Origin: a virus
DNA length: 64,000 nucleotides
Virus record (IMG/VR): IMGVR_UViG_3300047319_000410
Span: 3,599-67,598 of that record
Reading direction: 5' to 3' (one strand)
Part shown: positions 1 to 9,629 of the stretch, one piece after another
Numbering within the stretch: position 1 is the first letter of the stretch
How the letters are laid out: each line of letters opens with the position of its first letter
Notes under the pieces: model-generated
The model's input: the letters and a program-made list of their open reading frames with translations, nothing else
What the model was told of the DNA's origin: nothing
The model's database searches: none
Program-made: the position numbers and the translations under genes

Positions 1-193
1 AACTCTTGCCCACAGAAGTTTCTCCTATAAGTTCTACTATTGATCCTATAGGTAATCCCTTCTTAAAGTCATCAGAGCATACCCAGTTAATCATATGGGA
101 GCCCGTACTTACATATTCAATTTCATCTTCATTAGGTTGATCACTAAGAGCACCTACGGACTTTAAAATGTCAATTATTTCGTTTGATTTCAT
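1..193 (-). CDS. uvsX: RecA/UvsX-like recombinase, 5' part (runs off window)
   Basis: Not in the ORF track. Manual translation MKSNEIIDILKSVGALS...YVSTGSHMINWVCS...GLPIGSIVELIGETSVGKS shows the RecA STGS, GLP-G-IVE and Walker A motifs. Confidence 0.9.
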   Translation of the reverse strand, partial: MKSNEIIDILKSVGALSDQPNEDEIEYVSTGSHMINWVCSDDFKKGLPIGSIVELIGETSVGKS

Positions 194-199
194 ACTCTA

Positions 200-439
200 T
201 TATACTGAATTTGACTCTTTTGACTTGACACTTTCCATAGAAATTGTCTTTCTTGTCTTTGACTCTTTTATAGTATCTAATAGTTTCTTAGCTAACACTA
301 CTGCTCCATCACCATAATTATGTTCAATAACTGTTCCATCATCACAGTCATAAGTAAATGGTTGAGTAAGTCCTTCTCTACGAACTGCTGATCTAGCCAG
401 AATAGGAGTCCCATTAATAGCAATGTGTACACTAATCAT
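200..439 (-). CDS. hypothetical protein
   Basis: 79 aa ORF on the coding strand with an AAGGA SD-like element upstream. Confidence 0.65.
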   Translation of the reverse strand: MISVHIAINGTPILARSAVRREGLTQPFTYDCDDGTVIEHNYGDGAVVLAKKLLDTIKESKTRKTISMESVKSKESNSV

Positions 440-454
440 AATAATTCCTTTAAG

Positions 455-529
455 TGGCTGTGGGAAAAGGACTTGAACCTTTACTAGTCGCTTTAACAGA
501 GCGGTGCATCACCATTATGCTACCCCACA
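455..529 (-). tRNA. tRNA-Asn(GTT)
   Basis: Cloverleaf: acceptor TGTGGGG/TCCCACA, D-loop with GG, anticodon loop CTGTTAA, T-arm AAAGG-TTCAAGT-CCTTT, G73, encoded CCA. Confidence 0.93.
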
Positions 530-535
530 AAAAAT

Positions 536-611
536 TGGAGCAGGGGGCTGGACTTGATACCAGCAATCTCTGGGCTTCGGACCACAGTGAGTTCAATTTC
601 TCTACCCCCGC
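536..611 (-). tRNA. atypical tRNA-like gene (identity undetermined; Gly-like acceptor)
   Basis: Acceptor GCGGGGG/CCCCTGC + U73 + CCA and T-stem GCTGG/CCAGC are intact. D-loop lacks GG, T-loop is 8 nt (TATCAAGT), anticodon arm is 18 nt. Confidence 0.65.
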
Positions 612-622
612 ATTGTTATCTT

Positions 623-628
623 ATTATA
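623..628 (-). promoter_or_regulatory. putative -10 box for the tRNA pair
   Basis: TATAAT on the minus strand 11 nt upstream of the tRNA-like gene. Confidence 0.45.
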
Positions 629-630
629 CT

Positions 631-1335
631 CTAAACTTTATTAGAAAAAGAAGAAATAAAGGATTTTAACTTTTCTGCATCTTTAATCCGCTCATCCTTT
701 AGAGAAGCGTATAAGTTCTCTACCTGATTGGCTTTATGTCTTTGTAACCTATCAATCGTGGTCTGATCTATAGGAGCTTTACCTACTGAGAAATGTAAAT
801 GTTCTGTAAAGATATCAATATAATGTTTACGACCAATAAGATCAGCTACTTCATTAATCCAAGTATCACAGTAATCAGACACAAAATAAGGAGGAACAAC
901 GTATCCCAATGTGTTAATCCAATTACGATGTAGGAATCCATGCGTGCCAAAAGACGGTGGCTGAATTCCATCCATTCCATATACGAATAAAATCTTATCT
1001 TCATACTTATTAAATTCTTCTCTTACCTTATCATCCCATCCTTTAGTTTGAAATATAATATCGTCTCCTGCAAACATTACTATTTCACCATCAGCTAATT
1101 CATATGCTTTATTAGTCATTTCAGCCATTAAGATTCTAGGACCAATAACTGCGTCTACATGAATGTATGGACCTTTCATGTAAGTTAATCTATCTATAGA
1201 CTCTTTATCGTCTTCATCAATATAAAAAATGATCTCTAAATTATATGGTTCGTTAGCTCTCATATAAGCAGATGACCATACTCTAGACATATTTAGAGGA
1301 CGGCCGCGAGTCGGACATAGAATAGAGATTTTCAT
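631..1335 (-). CDS. GT-A fold (family 2-like) glycosyltransferase
   Basis: N-terminal KISILCPTRGR, IDEDD and MFAGDD acidic motif. Confidence 0.8.
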   Translation of the reverse strand: MKISILCPTRGRPLNMSRVWSSAYMRANEPYNLEIIFYIDEDDKESIDRLTYMKGPYIHVDAVIGPRILMAEMTNKAYELADGEIVMFAGDDIIFQTKGWDDKVREEFNKYEDKILFVYGMDGIQPPSFGTHGFLHRNWINTLGYVVPPYFVSDYCDTWINEVADLIGRKHYIDIFTEHLHFSVGKAPIDQTTIDRLQRHKANQVENLYASLKDERIKDAEKLKSFISSFSNKV

Positions 1336-2492
1336 TTGAAGTAGTTAGATACCGTAGTTATAATACGATTAATATTCTCTTCTGTTAAGTATTGATGGCA
1401 ACCAATGTGAATACCATAATCTCCTACATACTCCGCTTCTGGGTAGCATCCTAAGTTATAGTAATCCTTTTCTCTCTCTGCCCTAAATGCATCATGTTGG
1501 GTAAAAGAACATCCAAAATTACGTTTCCAATGAATATCTGCCTTATCTAGTGCTTCTTTTAATCCATGAATCTTACCAGGAACTTTAACCGTCATTGAAA
1601 TACCATGAGGACAATTTTTATTATTTTTATCTTCTTCACTAAACCATAATTCATTCTTAAGGTGAGATAGTCCTACCATTATTCTCTTCATATTAATATA
1701 TCGAGTATCAAAAGTCTTCCAAAAATTAGCTATTCCCTCTAAGCCTATTGATGCCTCAAGATCATTCATTTTAGAGTTAAATCCACGTCTTGGGAAGTCA
1801 AAATAAAGATCTCCATTCCTTCTACCATGAGATCTAGTAGAGTTAATAATATCTGCTATATCCTTACGATTAGTAGATACCATTCCCCCTTCCCCACAAC
1901 AAACTAAATGGGCTACATAAAAACTAAAGGCTGCTGCATCACTATGATGACCAACATATTCATGATCATAAACCGCACCATGAGCTTCACAAGCATCTTC
2001 AAATAACATTACATTCTGAGAATCCGCTATTGCTTTTAATATTTTCATATTACAAGGCTTGCCCATAGTATGTACAGCAATAATAGCTTGTATTTGAAAT
2101 CCTAGTTCTTTATTGGCAGTATCAAAAATACACATAGTTTCTAATACTTTTTGTTCATCTATGTTTAAAGTTTCTCTTTTAATATCCACAGGAACAGGAG
2201 TAAATCCTGCTGCTCTAACGGCATTAGCAGTAGCAATAAAAGATAAAGCAGGAACTATAATTCCGTCTCCTTCTTTAGCTCCAAAATCATAAAGGGTTAG
2301 ACACATATTAATAACTGCGTCTGTACCTGAACTTACTGCTTTATTGTACTTATATCCAAATAAGTCTCCCCATTGCTTTTCAAATCTCTTAACCTTCTCA
2401 CCAGAGCTTGCCCAATTCTTATCACAACAATCCATAAGATTCTTGCGAGCAATTTCTCCAATTCTTAGTTCACCAAATTCTATTCTATCCAT
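1332..2492 (-). CDS. DegT/DnrJ-family PLP enzyme, ColD-like NDP-4-keto-6-deoxysugar 3-dehydratase
   Basis: AVSSGTDA, EDACEAHGA and SFYVAHLVCCGEGG, with His where aminotransferases have the Schiff-base Lys. Confidence 0.85.
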   Translation of the reverse strand: MDRIEFGELRIGEIARKNLMDCCDKNWASSGEKVKRFEKQWGDLFGYKYNKAVSSGTDAVINMCLTLYDFGAKEGDGIIVPALSFIATANAVRAAGFTPVPVDIKRETLNIDEQKVLETMCIFDTANKELGFQIQAIIAVHTMGKPCNMKILKAIADSQNVMLFEDACEAHGAVYDHEYVGHHSDAAAFSFYVAHLVCCGEGGMVSTNRKDIADIINSTRSHGRRNGDLYFDFPRRGFNSKMNDLEASIGLEGIANFWKTFDTRYINMKRIMVGLSHLKNELWFSEEDKNNKNCPHGISMTVKVPGKIHGLKEALDKADIHWKRNFGCSFTQHDAFRAEREKDYYNLGCYPEAEYVGDYGIHIGCHQYLTEENINRIITTVSNYFK

Positions 2493-3465
2493 TTATTTGA
2501 TCCTTAAAATAAAAATGCATATCATATACTAAATCTTCAAAAGAGTATCTTGGCAACCAACCTAATTCTTGTTCTATATAAGTAGAATTTCCTCTTAAAA
2601 ATGTTAATTCAGTTGGTCTAAGATAAATTTTATCTACTTCAACAAATTCCTTATAATCTAATTTACATAATTTAAATGCTATTTCACACAATTCTTTAAC
2701 ACTATGAGAACTTCCTGTGGCAACAACAAAATCATCTGGCTTACTATGTTGAAGCATCATCCACATAGCTCTAACATAATCCTTAGCATGTCCCCAATCT
2801 CTAACAGAATCCATATTACCTAATTTTAATTTATTTAACTTCCCACATTTAATATCTAATGCACCTTTAATTATTTTTGCACTAACAAAATTAGTTCCTC
2901 TTCTGGGGGATTCGTGATTAAATAATATTCCATTAGATATAAACATTCTATATGAATCTCTATAATTTTTACATATATTATATGCGAATAATTTAGAAGA
3001 CCCGTATGGAGAAACAGGCTTCATTTCAGAAAACTCATCAAGATATCCATATTTATTTAAAGGAGTGTTACCATACATCTCAGAGGTAGCTGCGTTATAA
3101 ATCTTAGCCATTGGGCATATTAATCTAGCAGCCTCTAATAAGTTTAAAGTACCTACCGCATTAACTTGAGTAGTATAAACTGGGTTATCAAAACTAATCC
3201 TAACGTGAGACTGGGCAGCTAAATGATAAATCTCATTAGGCATACACTCTTGTAATACCTTAATTAAAGACATGCTATCAGTCATATCAGCATATCTTCT
3301 TTGGATCTTATCTATTACTCCTGCTTCATTAAGTCTAGAAGTTTGAGTCTCTGCTACTGAGTGTCTACGAATAGTTCCCCAGACTTCATATCCTTTACTA
3401 AGTAATAACTCAGTAAGATAAGATCCGTCCTGGGAACTGATTCCAGTTATTAATGCTTTTTTCAT
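2485..3465 (-). CDS. gmd: GDP-mannose 4,6-dehydratase
   Basis: ALITGISSQDGSYL, HLAAQSHVRISF, TSEMYG, SPYGSSK, ILFNHESPRRG, RDWGHAKDYV. Confidence 0.95.
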   Translation of the reverse strand: MKKALITGISSQDGSYLTELLLSKGYEVWGTIRRHSVAETQTSRLNEAGVIDKIQRRYADMTDSMSLIKVLQECMPNEIYHLAAQSHVRISFDNPVYTTQVNAVGTLNLLEAARLICPMAKIYNAATSEMYGNTPLNKYGYLDEFSEMKPVSPYGSSKLFAYNICKNYRDSYRMFISNGILFNHESPRRGTNFVSAKIIKGALDIKCGKLNKLKLGNMDSVRDWGHAKDYVRAMWMMLQHSKPDDFVVATGSSHSVKELCEIAFKLCKLDYKEFVEVDKIYLRPTELTFLRGNSTYIEQELGWLPRYSFEDLVYDMHFYFKDQING

Positions 3466-4397
3466 AGTCTTAATGAAGGTGATCTATAATTATCTCTGAA
3501 CCATTCAATAGATTGCCACAAAGCTACATCTAAATCAGTAAATTCAAAGTTAGGAAATACTGAATTAAATACTGTCTTATTAGTAGGTCTTCTTAACTGA
3601 CCATTAGGCTTAGTAATATCCCACTCAATATTATTATACTTATAGATCTTAGCAATCTTATTAACTATAGATCTAATAGTATATTCTTGTTTACCAGATA
3701 CTATCATTAGTTCTGGGAGCACCTTGGAATCTAATAAATCAATAGCTATTTTAGCTACGTCCTTAGCATATAAGAATTCTCTGTATGATGATCCGTCTCC
3801 CCATATAACAACAGGCTCATCATAAGTCTTAGCATTATAAAACTTATGAATTAGTGAGGGTATTACGTGTCCATCCTTTAGATTATAATTATCTGATTCA
3901 CCAAACATATTACCTGGAATAAGGCAGCATCCTTTAAGTCCATGTTGTTTATTATAGGCTCTTAATTGTACGTCTACCATTCTCTTAGCATATGCATAAG
4001 ATTCGTGTGCTTTATGAGGAGGACCGTTGTGGAGGTTATCCTCAGATAATTCTTCTAGTCCATCTGGGAATGCACAAACAGAAGTAAACGCTACAATTCT
4101 TTTTATATTATTTAAACTTGCATAATGAATAACATTAGAATTAATTAAAATATTATCATAAAACTGTTGGGCGGGTGTATCAATATTACGTTGAATTCCT
4201 CCCACCCTTCCAGCCGTATGAATAACATAATGAGGCATATATTCTTGAAATAGTTCAGATACATTTCTAGGATTTCTTAAATCACGACTAATTCTATCTG
4301 AAAATATAAATTGGTATTGAGGATAATTTCCACTAATATTCTCAATAGCAGTTCCCACTAATCCTCTTGAAGTTACTAATACTCTATCCATTACCAA
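3462..4397 (-). CDS. GDP-L-fucose synthase / ColC-like epimerase-reductase
   Basis: HTAGRVGGI, YAYAKR, GHVIPSLIHK, VIWGDGSSYREFLYAKD; adjacent to gmd. Confidence 0.88.
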   Translation of the reverse strand: MVMDRVLVTSRGLVGTAIENISGNYPQYQFIFSDRISRDLRNPRNVSELFQEYMPHYVIHTAGRVGGIQRNIDTPAQQFYDNILINSNVIHYASLNNIKRIVAFTSVCAFPDGLEELSEDNLHNGPPHKAHESYAYAKRMVDVQLRAYNKQHGLKGCCLIPGNMFGESDNYNLKDGHVIPSLIHKFYNAKTYDEPVVIWGDGSSYREFLYAKDVAKIAIDLLDSKVLPELMIVSGKQEYTIRSIVNKIAKIYKYNNIEWDITKPNGQLRRPTNKTVFNSVFPNFEFTDLDVALWQSIEWFRDNYRSPSLRL

Positions 4398-5157
4398 ATC
4401 TCCTAGCCCATCTTTCAGGGGATCCTAACCAATTATAATAAGAAATTTGAATCTGTCGTCCTGGTTGATTCCAAATTGATTGAAATAATCCTAAATCATT
4501 TCCATGATATGCTTGTTGTACAGGAATATTATCTCCTACACCAGGATTCCAATCACACTTCAATACCTCAGCAGGAGATAATTGAAATGTACCACCAGCT
4601 TCTTGAAATCTAAATGCTAAATCATGGGTACACATATTAATATGTTCAAACCTACAATCTAATCCGCCTAACCATCTAAACATATCAGTATAATACATCC
4701 CAGCAGGAGCACACATATAACTGTCTTTAATTCCTGGTAACTGTTGATCTCTATGAGTTCTAGCTTTCCAATAATTATCATCAGGCATTTGACCAGACAA
4801 TCCTGGACCTTCCGAGTATCTTAAAATTATCCCTTTTAATGGATTGTTCTCTGGAGTTAATAAATCTAATGAATCCTTTAGAGAGTTTTCTAATAAGTAT
4901 CCATCATCAGCAGCCCACATCATGTAAGTTCCTTGTGCTAATAAGGATGCTATTTGAGTAGCTCTAGCAGGAGCACCAAAGTCTCTAATAAACTTAAAGT
5001 TAGATTCCTTAGTGAATGATTCTCCTGATGGTGGGTAAGGACCACAAATAATCATTTCCCAACTATAACCAATACCTATAGAGGATTTTACGGAATTATA
5101 TAATCTATCCCAATTTTGATATCTAATACCAGGGACTAAAATTGATAAATCATACAT
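4384..5157 (-). CDS. GT-A fold glycosyltransferase (paralog 1)
   Basis: YDLSILVPGIR, WAADDG, LGGLDC; similar to 5707-6519 and 6516-7274. Confidence 0.75.
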   Translation of the reverse strand: MYDLSILVPGIRYQNWDRLYNSVKSSIGIGYSWEMIICGPYPPSGESFTKESNFKFIRDFGAPARATQIASLLAQGTYMMWAADDGYLLENSLKDSLDLLTPENNPLKGIILRYSEGPGLSGQMPDDNYWKARTHRDQQLPGIKDSYMCAPAGMYYTDMFRWLGGLDCRFEHINMCTHDLAFRFQEAGGTFQLSPAEVLKCDWNPGVGDNIPVQQAYHGNDLGLFQSIWNQPGRQIQISYYNWLGSPERWARRFGNG

Positions 5158-5714
5158 TATTTTATTGCCTCCAAATTTAAACTCATTAATTGTCCATTTA
5201 CTTTATCCATGTGTGGGAGATAAGCTTGTGAATAATCATCTATACTACCGTGTTCAATATTTCTCCAATTCCATAAAGTAAGTTGATTAAATCCTGCATC
5301 ATTAAGCATATTACCTAATTTTTGATAATCAAATGCTTGAAAATGATAATCATAATCATTCTTATGACCGCCAAAAGTTAAACCAGATAATATATCAATA
5401 TTACTATTATTTTCCATAGGAAAAACATTAATGATATAATATTCGGCAATTGCTTTAAAATCTGGCACCGATAATCTTAATACTCCACCCTTTTTTAATA
5501 CTCTCCAACATTTATTAAGAATAATTTGTGATTCAATTTTCTTATAATGCTCTAATACGTGACACATATAGATAACATCTACACTACCACTTTCACAAGC
5601 AGCAAGATAGTTTTCTATACTACTAATAACATCAGCCTTACTTTCAGGTCTAATATCAACATTAATATAACCAGGAATATATCTTGATCCAGATCCAAGA
5701 TGTAATTTAACCAC
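5157..5714 (-). CDS. class I SAM-dependent methyltransferase
   Basis: KLHLGSG, HVLEH, RVLKKGGVLRLSVPD. Confidence 0.85.
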   Translation of the reverse strand: MVKLHLGSGSRYIPGYINVDIRPESKADVISSIENYLAACESGSVDVIYMCHVLEHYKKIESQIILNKCWRVLKKGGVLRLSVPDFKAIAEYYIINVFPMENNSNIDILSGLTFGGHKNDYDYHFQAFDYQKLGNMLNDAGFNQLTLWNWRNIEHGSIDDYSQAYLPHMDKVNGQLMSLNLEAIK

Positions 5715-6519
5715 TTATCAACTCCTTGTATTCTTTAGGTATTTTCTTACCAAATCTACGTTCCCACAATGGGGAAGCATATCTCCAATTACTAAAGTCT
5801 AAATGAATTCTCTTATATGCAGCATCTTTATTATTATACATTAACTTGAATATGGGATCGTCATGAATTAATTGAGCATCATGTACAGGTCCATGATCTC
5901 CGGTACGATTAGGCATATGATCACAATTCATAACCTCAGTAGGAGAATCAAGTAAAGTTCCTCCATCTGCCTGTACCCTAAACATAAGATCATGAAGAGG
6001 GTGATTAAGATATTCAAACTGACAATCAAATCCTCCAAGTTCAAAGAAATAATTTCTTTTCATTATAAAATGTAATGAAGTTTTCCACTCTTCTTTAATG
6101 CCCGGAAGCTGTAAATCAGCATGAGTCCACGCCCACCAAAAATTCATTGCTAATTCACCACCACTATATCCAGCGGACTCTCTATATCTTAAATTCATCA
6201 CATCTTTATCGTCACAATACTCTTTAAGAAGTCTTAAAGCATTTTCAATAGAATTATAATAAAATACTCCATCATCCACACAATGTAAAAGATATTCTCC
6301 TTCACAAGCCAATGCTGCTAATTGTGCGGCCCTAGTTGGACAACCATAATCTTTTACTAATTTAATATTAGATGTTCCACTTAGTTCAGGAGGTAGATCA
6401 AATGGACTACAAAATACTACTTCATAAGTATACTCACCTATTGCAGGCTTAATAGAATCATAAAATTGCTTCCAATTATGAGTTCTTATTGCGGGCAAGA
6501 ATATTGATACATTAATCAT
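5707..6519 (-). CDS. GT-A fold glycosyltransferase (paralog 2)
   Basis: VSIFLPAIR, HCVDDG, LGGFDC; start moved to the ATG that overlaps the upstream stop (ATGA). Confidence 0.75.
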   Translation of the reverse strand: MINVSIFLPAIRTHNWKQFYDSIKPAIGEYTYEVVFCSPFDLPPELSGTSNIKLVKDYGCPTRAAQLAALACEGEYLLHCVDDGVFYYNSIENALRLLKEYCDDKDVMNLRYRESAGYSGGELAMNFWWAWTHADLQLPGIKEEWKTSLHFIMKRNYFFELGGFDCQFEYLNHPLHDLMFRVQADGGTLLDSPTEVMNCDHMPNRTGDHGPVHDAQLIHDDPIFKLMYNNKDAAYKRIHLDFSNWRYASPLWERRFGKKIPKEYKELISG

Positions 6520-7274
6520 ACTGAAAACCTTCTCTCCCAAATACTAGGACTTCTTCTCCAGGTATTAATATCAATAACTGCGGGTCTTCCCGTAATGGAA
6601 TACAGTTTTCTAAAATTGGGTTCATCATTCTCTGCTTGTGCATCATGCATAGGGCCGTGATCTCCAGTTCTATCAGGCATATGAGTACATCTATACATAA
6701 CTTTATCAAACATTTCAATCTTAAATCCAGCAATTACAAATCTAACTGCTAAATCACTATGAGCCATTGCCATGCCTTCAAAATTAATACAGTCCCAACC
6801 CCCAAGATCAACTATATTTTGTCTACGAATTAATCCTGTATTAACTACGTAAGAATTTAGAGGTACATTTAATCCCCTCATCATACCATTATTACCTAAT
6901 AAGTAATACCCAGGATTACTCATTATATGATCAGTACCTTCTCCTTCATAATATTTGCCAGACAATATTGTTCCTTCATTTAAATCATAAAAAGCTTCTT
7001 CTAAAGCCCCCTCTAATGGAACTCCATCATCAGAAGTCCAAGTAATAAACTCTCCTTCTGATAATATTAATCCTATTTGTTGGCATCTAATAGGAGAACC
7101 AAAATCCTTTACATATTTAATATTACGCTTAGATTCTAATTCCTTAGGTAAACTATAAGGACCAACAATAACTAATTCCCAACTATTTTTGGTTAAATAC
7201 TTCTCAAACTTATTATAAATATCTTCCCAGAATTGAGTTCTTATTCCAGGCATTAAAATTGATAAGTCATACAT
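6516..7274 (-). CDS. GT-A fold glycosyltransferase (paralog 3)
   Basis: YDLSILMPGIR, WTSDDG, LGGWDC; HMPDRTGDHGP shared with paralog 2. Confidence 0.75.
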   Translation of the reverse strand: MYDLSILMPGIRTQFWEDIYNKFEKYLTKNSWELVIVGPYSLPKELESKRNIKYVKDFGSPIRCQQIGLILSEGEFITWTSDDGVPLEGALEEAFYDLNEGTILSGKYYEGEGTDHIMSNPGYYLLGNNGMMRGLNVPLNSYVVNTGLIRRQNIVDLGGWDCINFEGMAMAHSDLAVRFVIAGFKIEMFDKVMYRCTHMPDRTGDHGPMHDAQAENDEPNFRKLYSITGRPAVIDINTWRRSPSIWERRFSV

Positions 7275-8188
7275 TATAATTGATCCCTTATTATTTGAGT
7301 TACTTTATTCACTATCTTATCTGTATCTGGGCAAAGATTATCCTTAGAGGCTACAAATCCCGCCGCTCTTTCGTCCAACCCTAATACTCCAATAGGCACT
7401 TTAGTTTTGGTCATTAAATCATATGCAATAGTCTTCATGCATCCATTAATAAAATCATCATCTATTATTAAACCTCCATACTTAGAGGCATTTAACATTT
7501 CAATGTATTCATCTTTTACTGCAAATGGCTTTAACCAAACAAGATTAACTAAATTAACCCAAAGACCATATTCTTCTCTAAGTACTTTTACTGCTTCTAA
7601 GGCATAAAGTCTAGTAGCGGAAATACAAAATAAAGTTATATCTGCATATTCGTAACGAATATCTTTAATTTCATAATCTATATTAAATGATTTTCTATGC
7701 TCACTTACATATAAAGGTTCATCATGTCTCATAAACCAATCCCATACTTCTCTATATTCATTAGGTGTAAATGGAGCGCATACAAACATACCAGGCATTC
7801 TAGTAAATATACTATGATGACAGGATCCCGCTACTGGGCCTATTCCGCCTTCCATAGCTATTGATCTAACAAATATAGGACACGGAATCCCCCACATATC
7901 TTTAGACTTAGCTGCGTAATTAATTATAGATGCACAGTTATACCATTGAAATCCTTGATATCTAACAATGTAAATTGGTCTTCTTCCTGCTAATGCTGCT
8001 CCTACTGCTATTCCACCTCCAGCTACGTCAGCCATAGATAATTCAACTAGATTTGGATGATCTTTAACCTCAGGAACCGTTCCTCCCACCCAACCTACCG
8101 CAGTAAGACACTGACCTAAAACTAAACCCCTATCATTAATATGGGTTAAAGTTATATCTTTAATTACTTCTGCAACTGTTTGTCCCAT
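7274..8188 (-). CDS. ThDP-dependent enzyme beta subunit (PDH E1-beta/transketolase-like)
   Basis: GIAVGAALAGRRPI, PIFVRS, IFTRMPGMFVCAP, C-terminal NLVWLKP domain. Confidence 0.82.
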   Translation of the reverse strand: MGQTVAEVIKDITLTHINDRGLVLGQCLTAVGWVGGTVPEVKDHPNLVELSMADVAGGGIAVGAALAGRRPIYIVRYQGFQWYNCASIINYAAKSKDMWGIPCPIFVRSIAMEGGIGPVAGSCHHSIFTRMPGMFVCAPFTPNEYREVWDWFMRHDEPLYVSEHRKSFNIDYEIKDIRYEYADITLFCISATRLYALEAVKVLREEYGLWVNLVNLVWLKPFAVKDEYIEMLNASKYGGLIIDDDFINGCMKTIAYDLMTKTKVPIGVLGLDERAAGFVASKDNLCPDTDKIVNKVTQIIRDQL

Positions 8189-8994
8189 ATAGGAATTATA
8201 CTTTCTCTGGCATCTTCCATTATAAACTCACGTCCTGTTAATTGTATTTGTAATCTATCTACTTGTGGACCATCATTACCAAACCCTGCGTGCCAAAGCA
8301 TTCTAGTAGTTAGAACATTGATTAACCCAGGAAGTTTAATCTTTTCCATAGTTTCTCCAAGAACTGCTGGAAGATCGGATACCTCATATGCATTTAGTCC
8401 AAAAGATCTGCCTACAGAAGCAATATCCCAGTCTCTTCTAACTTTCTTTTCAGTTAAAATTGATAGATTATTATCTTCTATTACAAATAGAATAGGTAGC
8501 TTCTTGTGGGCTGCATATCCCATAGCTCCCAATACATAATCTTCCTCGCAAGAAGCATCCCCCATAAAAGTTATTGTTATGTTTTTTGTACCTAAACAAT
8601 GTCCTACTGCTAATGGAACTTGATCCCCCATTAGTCCACTATGCCCAAACATATTAATATCTGGAGAATGAATAGAAGCTGATCCTCCCATTCCTTTAGC
8701 ACATCCAGTTTCTTTCCCTAATAGTTCGTCTATTAAAGATTCAATATCCCCCCCAAAACAAAGATAAGTAGAATGTGCCCTATGTTGAGCAAAAATAGCA
8801 GGTTTAAATATATAATCAGATATAGTAGCAGCTATAAACTCTTGCCCTACAGATAGATAGGTTGGAATTTTAATAAGTTTATTCCTTAGGCATTCAGCTA
8901 CTTTTTCTTCAAATACTCTACAGCAAGCAGCCTTAAATAAGATTCTTTCTTCTCTATTTAATATGGTGCTAGCTAATGTAATTAAATTAGTCAT
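8164..8994 (-). CDS. ThDP-dependent enzyme alpha subunit (PDH E1-alpha-like)
   Basis: YLSVGQE, HRAH, GCAKGMGGS, ThDP motif GDAS...IEDNN. Confidence 0.88.
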   Translation of the reverse strand: MTNLITLASTILNREERILFKAACCRVFEEKVAECLRNKLIKIPTYLSVGQEFIAATISDYIFKPAIFAQHRAHSTYLCFGGDIESLIDELLGKETGCAKGMGGSASIHSPDINMFGHSGLMGDQVPLAVGHCLGTKNITITFMGDASCEEDYVLGAMGYAAHKKLPILFVIEDNNLSILTEKKVRRDWDIASVGRSFGLNAYEVSDLPAVLGETMEKIKLPGLINVLTTRMLWHAGFGNDGPQVDRLQIQLTGREFIMEDARESIIPIWDKQLQK

Positions 8995-9629
8995 ACTGTA
9001 GGTTCTACTACCATTAATTCTAATGGCTCATCATAATTAAATTCTTTAGCTAACAAGTTCCATGTCTTACCAGAAAGAACATCTCCACAAGATGCTACGA
9101 ACACATTATCAATATTTTTTAAACCACCTTTAATAACCACTATAGATGCATAATCTTTAATTTTAATAGTAGAATCTCTAATTATACTTATCTTATGATT
9201 TTCAAAAAATCTAGTATTATCATTACTTATTAATAAGTGGCTATCATCTCGTGTTATATAATCAGTTTCATAAGTTGATTTACGACGACCATACTTATCT
9301 CTTAATCTTACTAAGTCAACTTTATTGTTAGGGCATTCAACCTCAAACAATCCTATACCATTATCAGATAATGCCTTAGTAGAGTGAAAGACCCCTTCCC
9401 TAATAGTAATCTTAGCAGGAACAGTAAGAAATCTAGATTCATTGAGGAATGATAGTTCAGCAACTCCTCGTAATAAAATTAATCCTGTTTTTTTATTAGG
9501 GTGACAATGCATGGATGTAGATTCTTCATGATTAATATGAAGATACCAAATACCCATATTATCATCTGAGTATACTAAATACTCAAATCCCCAAGGCTTT
9601 TTAACTACGACTTTTGAGAAATCTTCCAT
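8991..9629 (-). CDS. cupin-domain protein (sugar isomerase/epimerase-like)
   Basis: KKPWG, STSMHCH, GVFHST, DLVRLRDKYGR, resembling type II PMI cupins. Confidence 0.72.
   Translation of the reverse strand: MEDFSKVVVKKPWGFEYLVYSDDNMGIWYLHINHEESTSMHCHPNKKTGLILLRGVAELSFLNESRFLTVPAKITIREGVFHSTKALSDNGIGLFEVECPNNKVDLVRLRDKYGRRKSTYETDYITRDDSHLLISNDNTRFFENHKISIIRDSTIKIKDYASIVVIKGGLKNIDNVFVASCGDVLSGKTWNLLAKEFNYDEPLELMVVEPTV

Noticed and set aside
454-669. 71-aa plus-strand ORF
   Set aside because: It is the antisense of the two tRNA genes
3430-4385. Gly-to-Ser changes in the Rossmann motifs of Gmd (GISSQDG) and the Fcl-like protein (VTSRGLVG) as a sign of codon reassignment
   Set aside because: The codons differ (AGT, TCC, TCA), other Gly motifs are normal and ORFs are intact under the standard code
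7274-8994. Pyruvate dehydrogenase as a central-metabolism auxiliary gene
   Set aside because: No E2/E3 in the window and the context is sugar-nucleotide and GT genes
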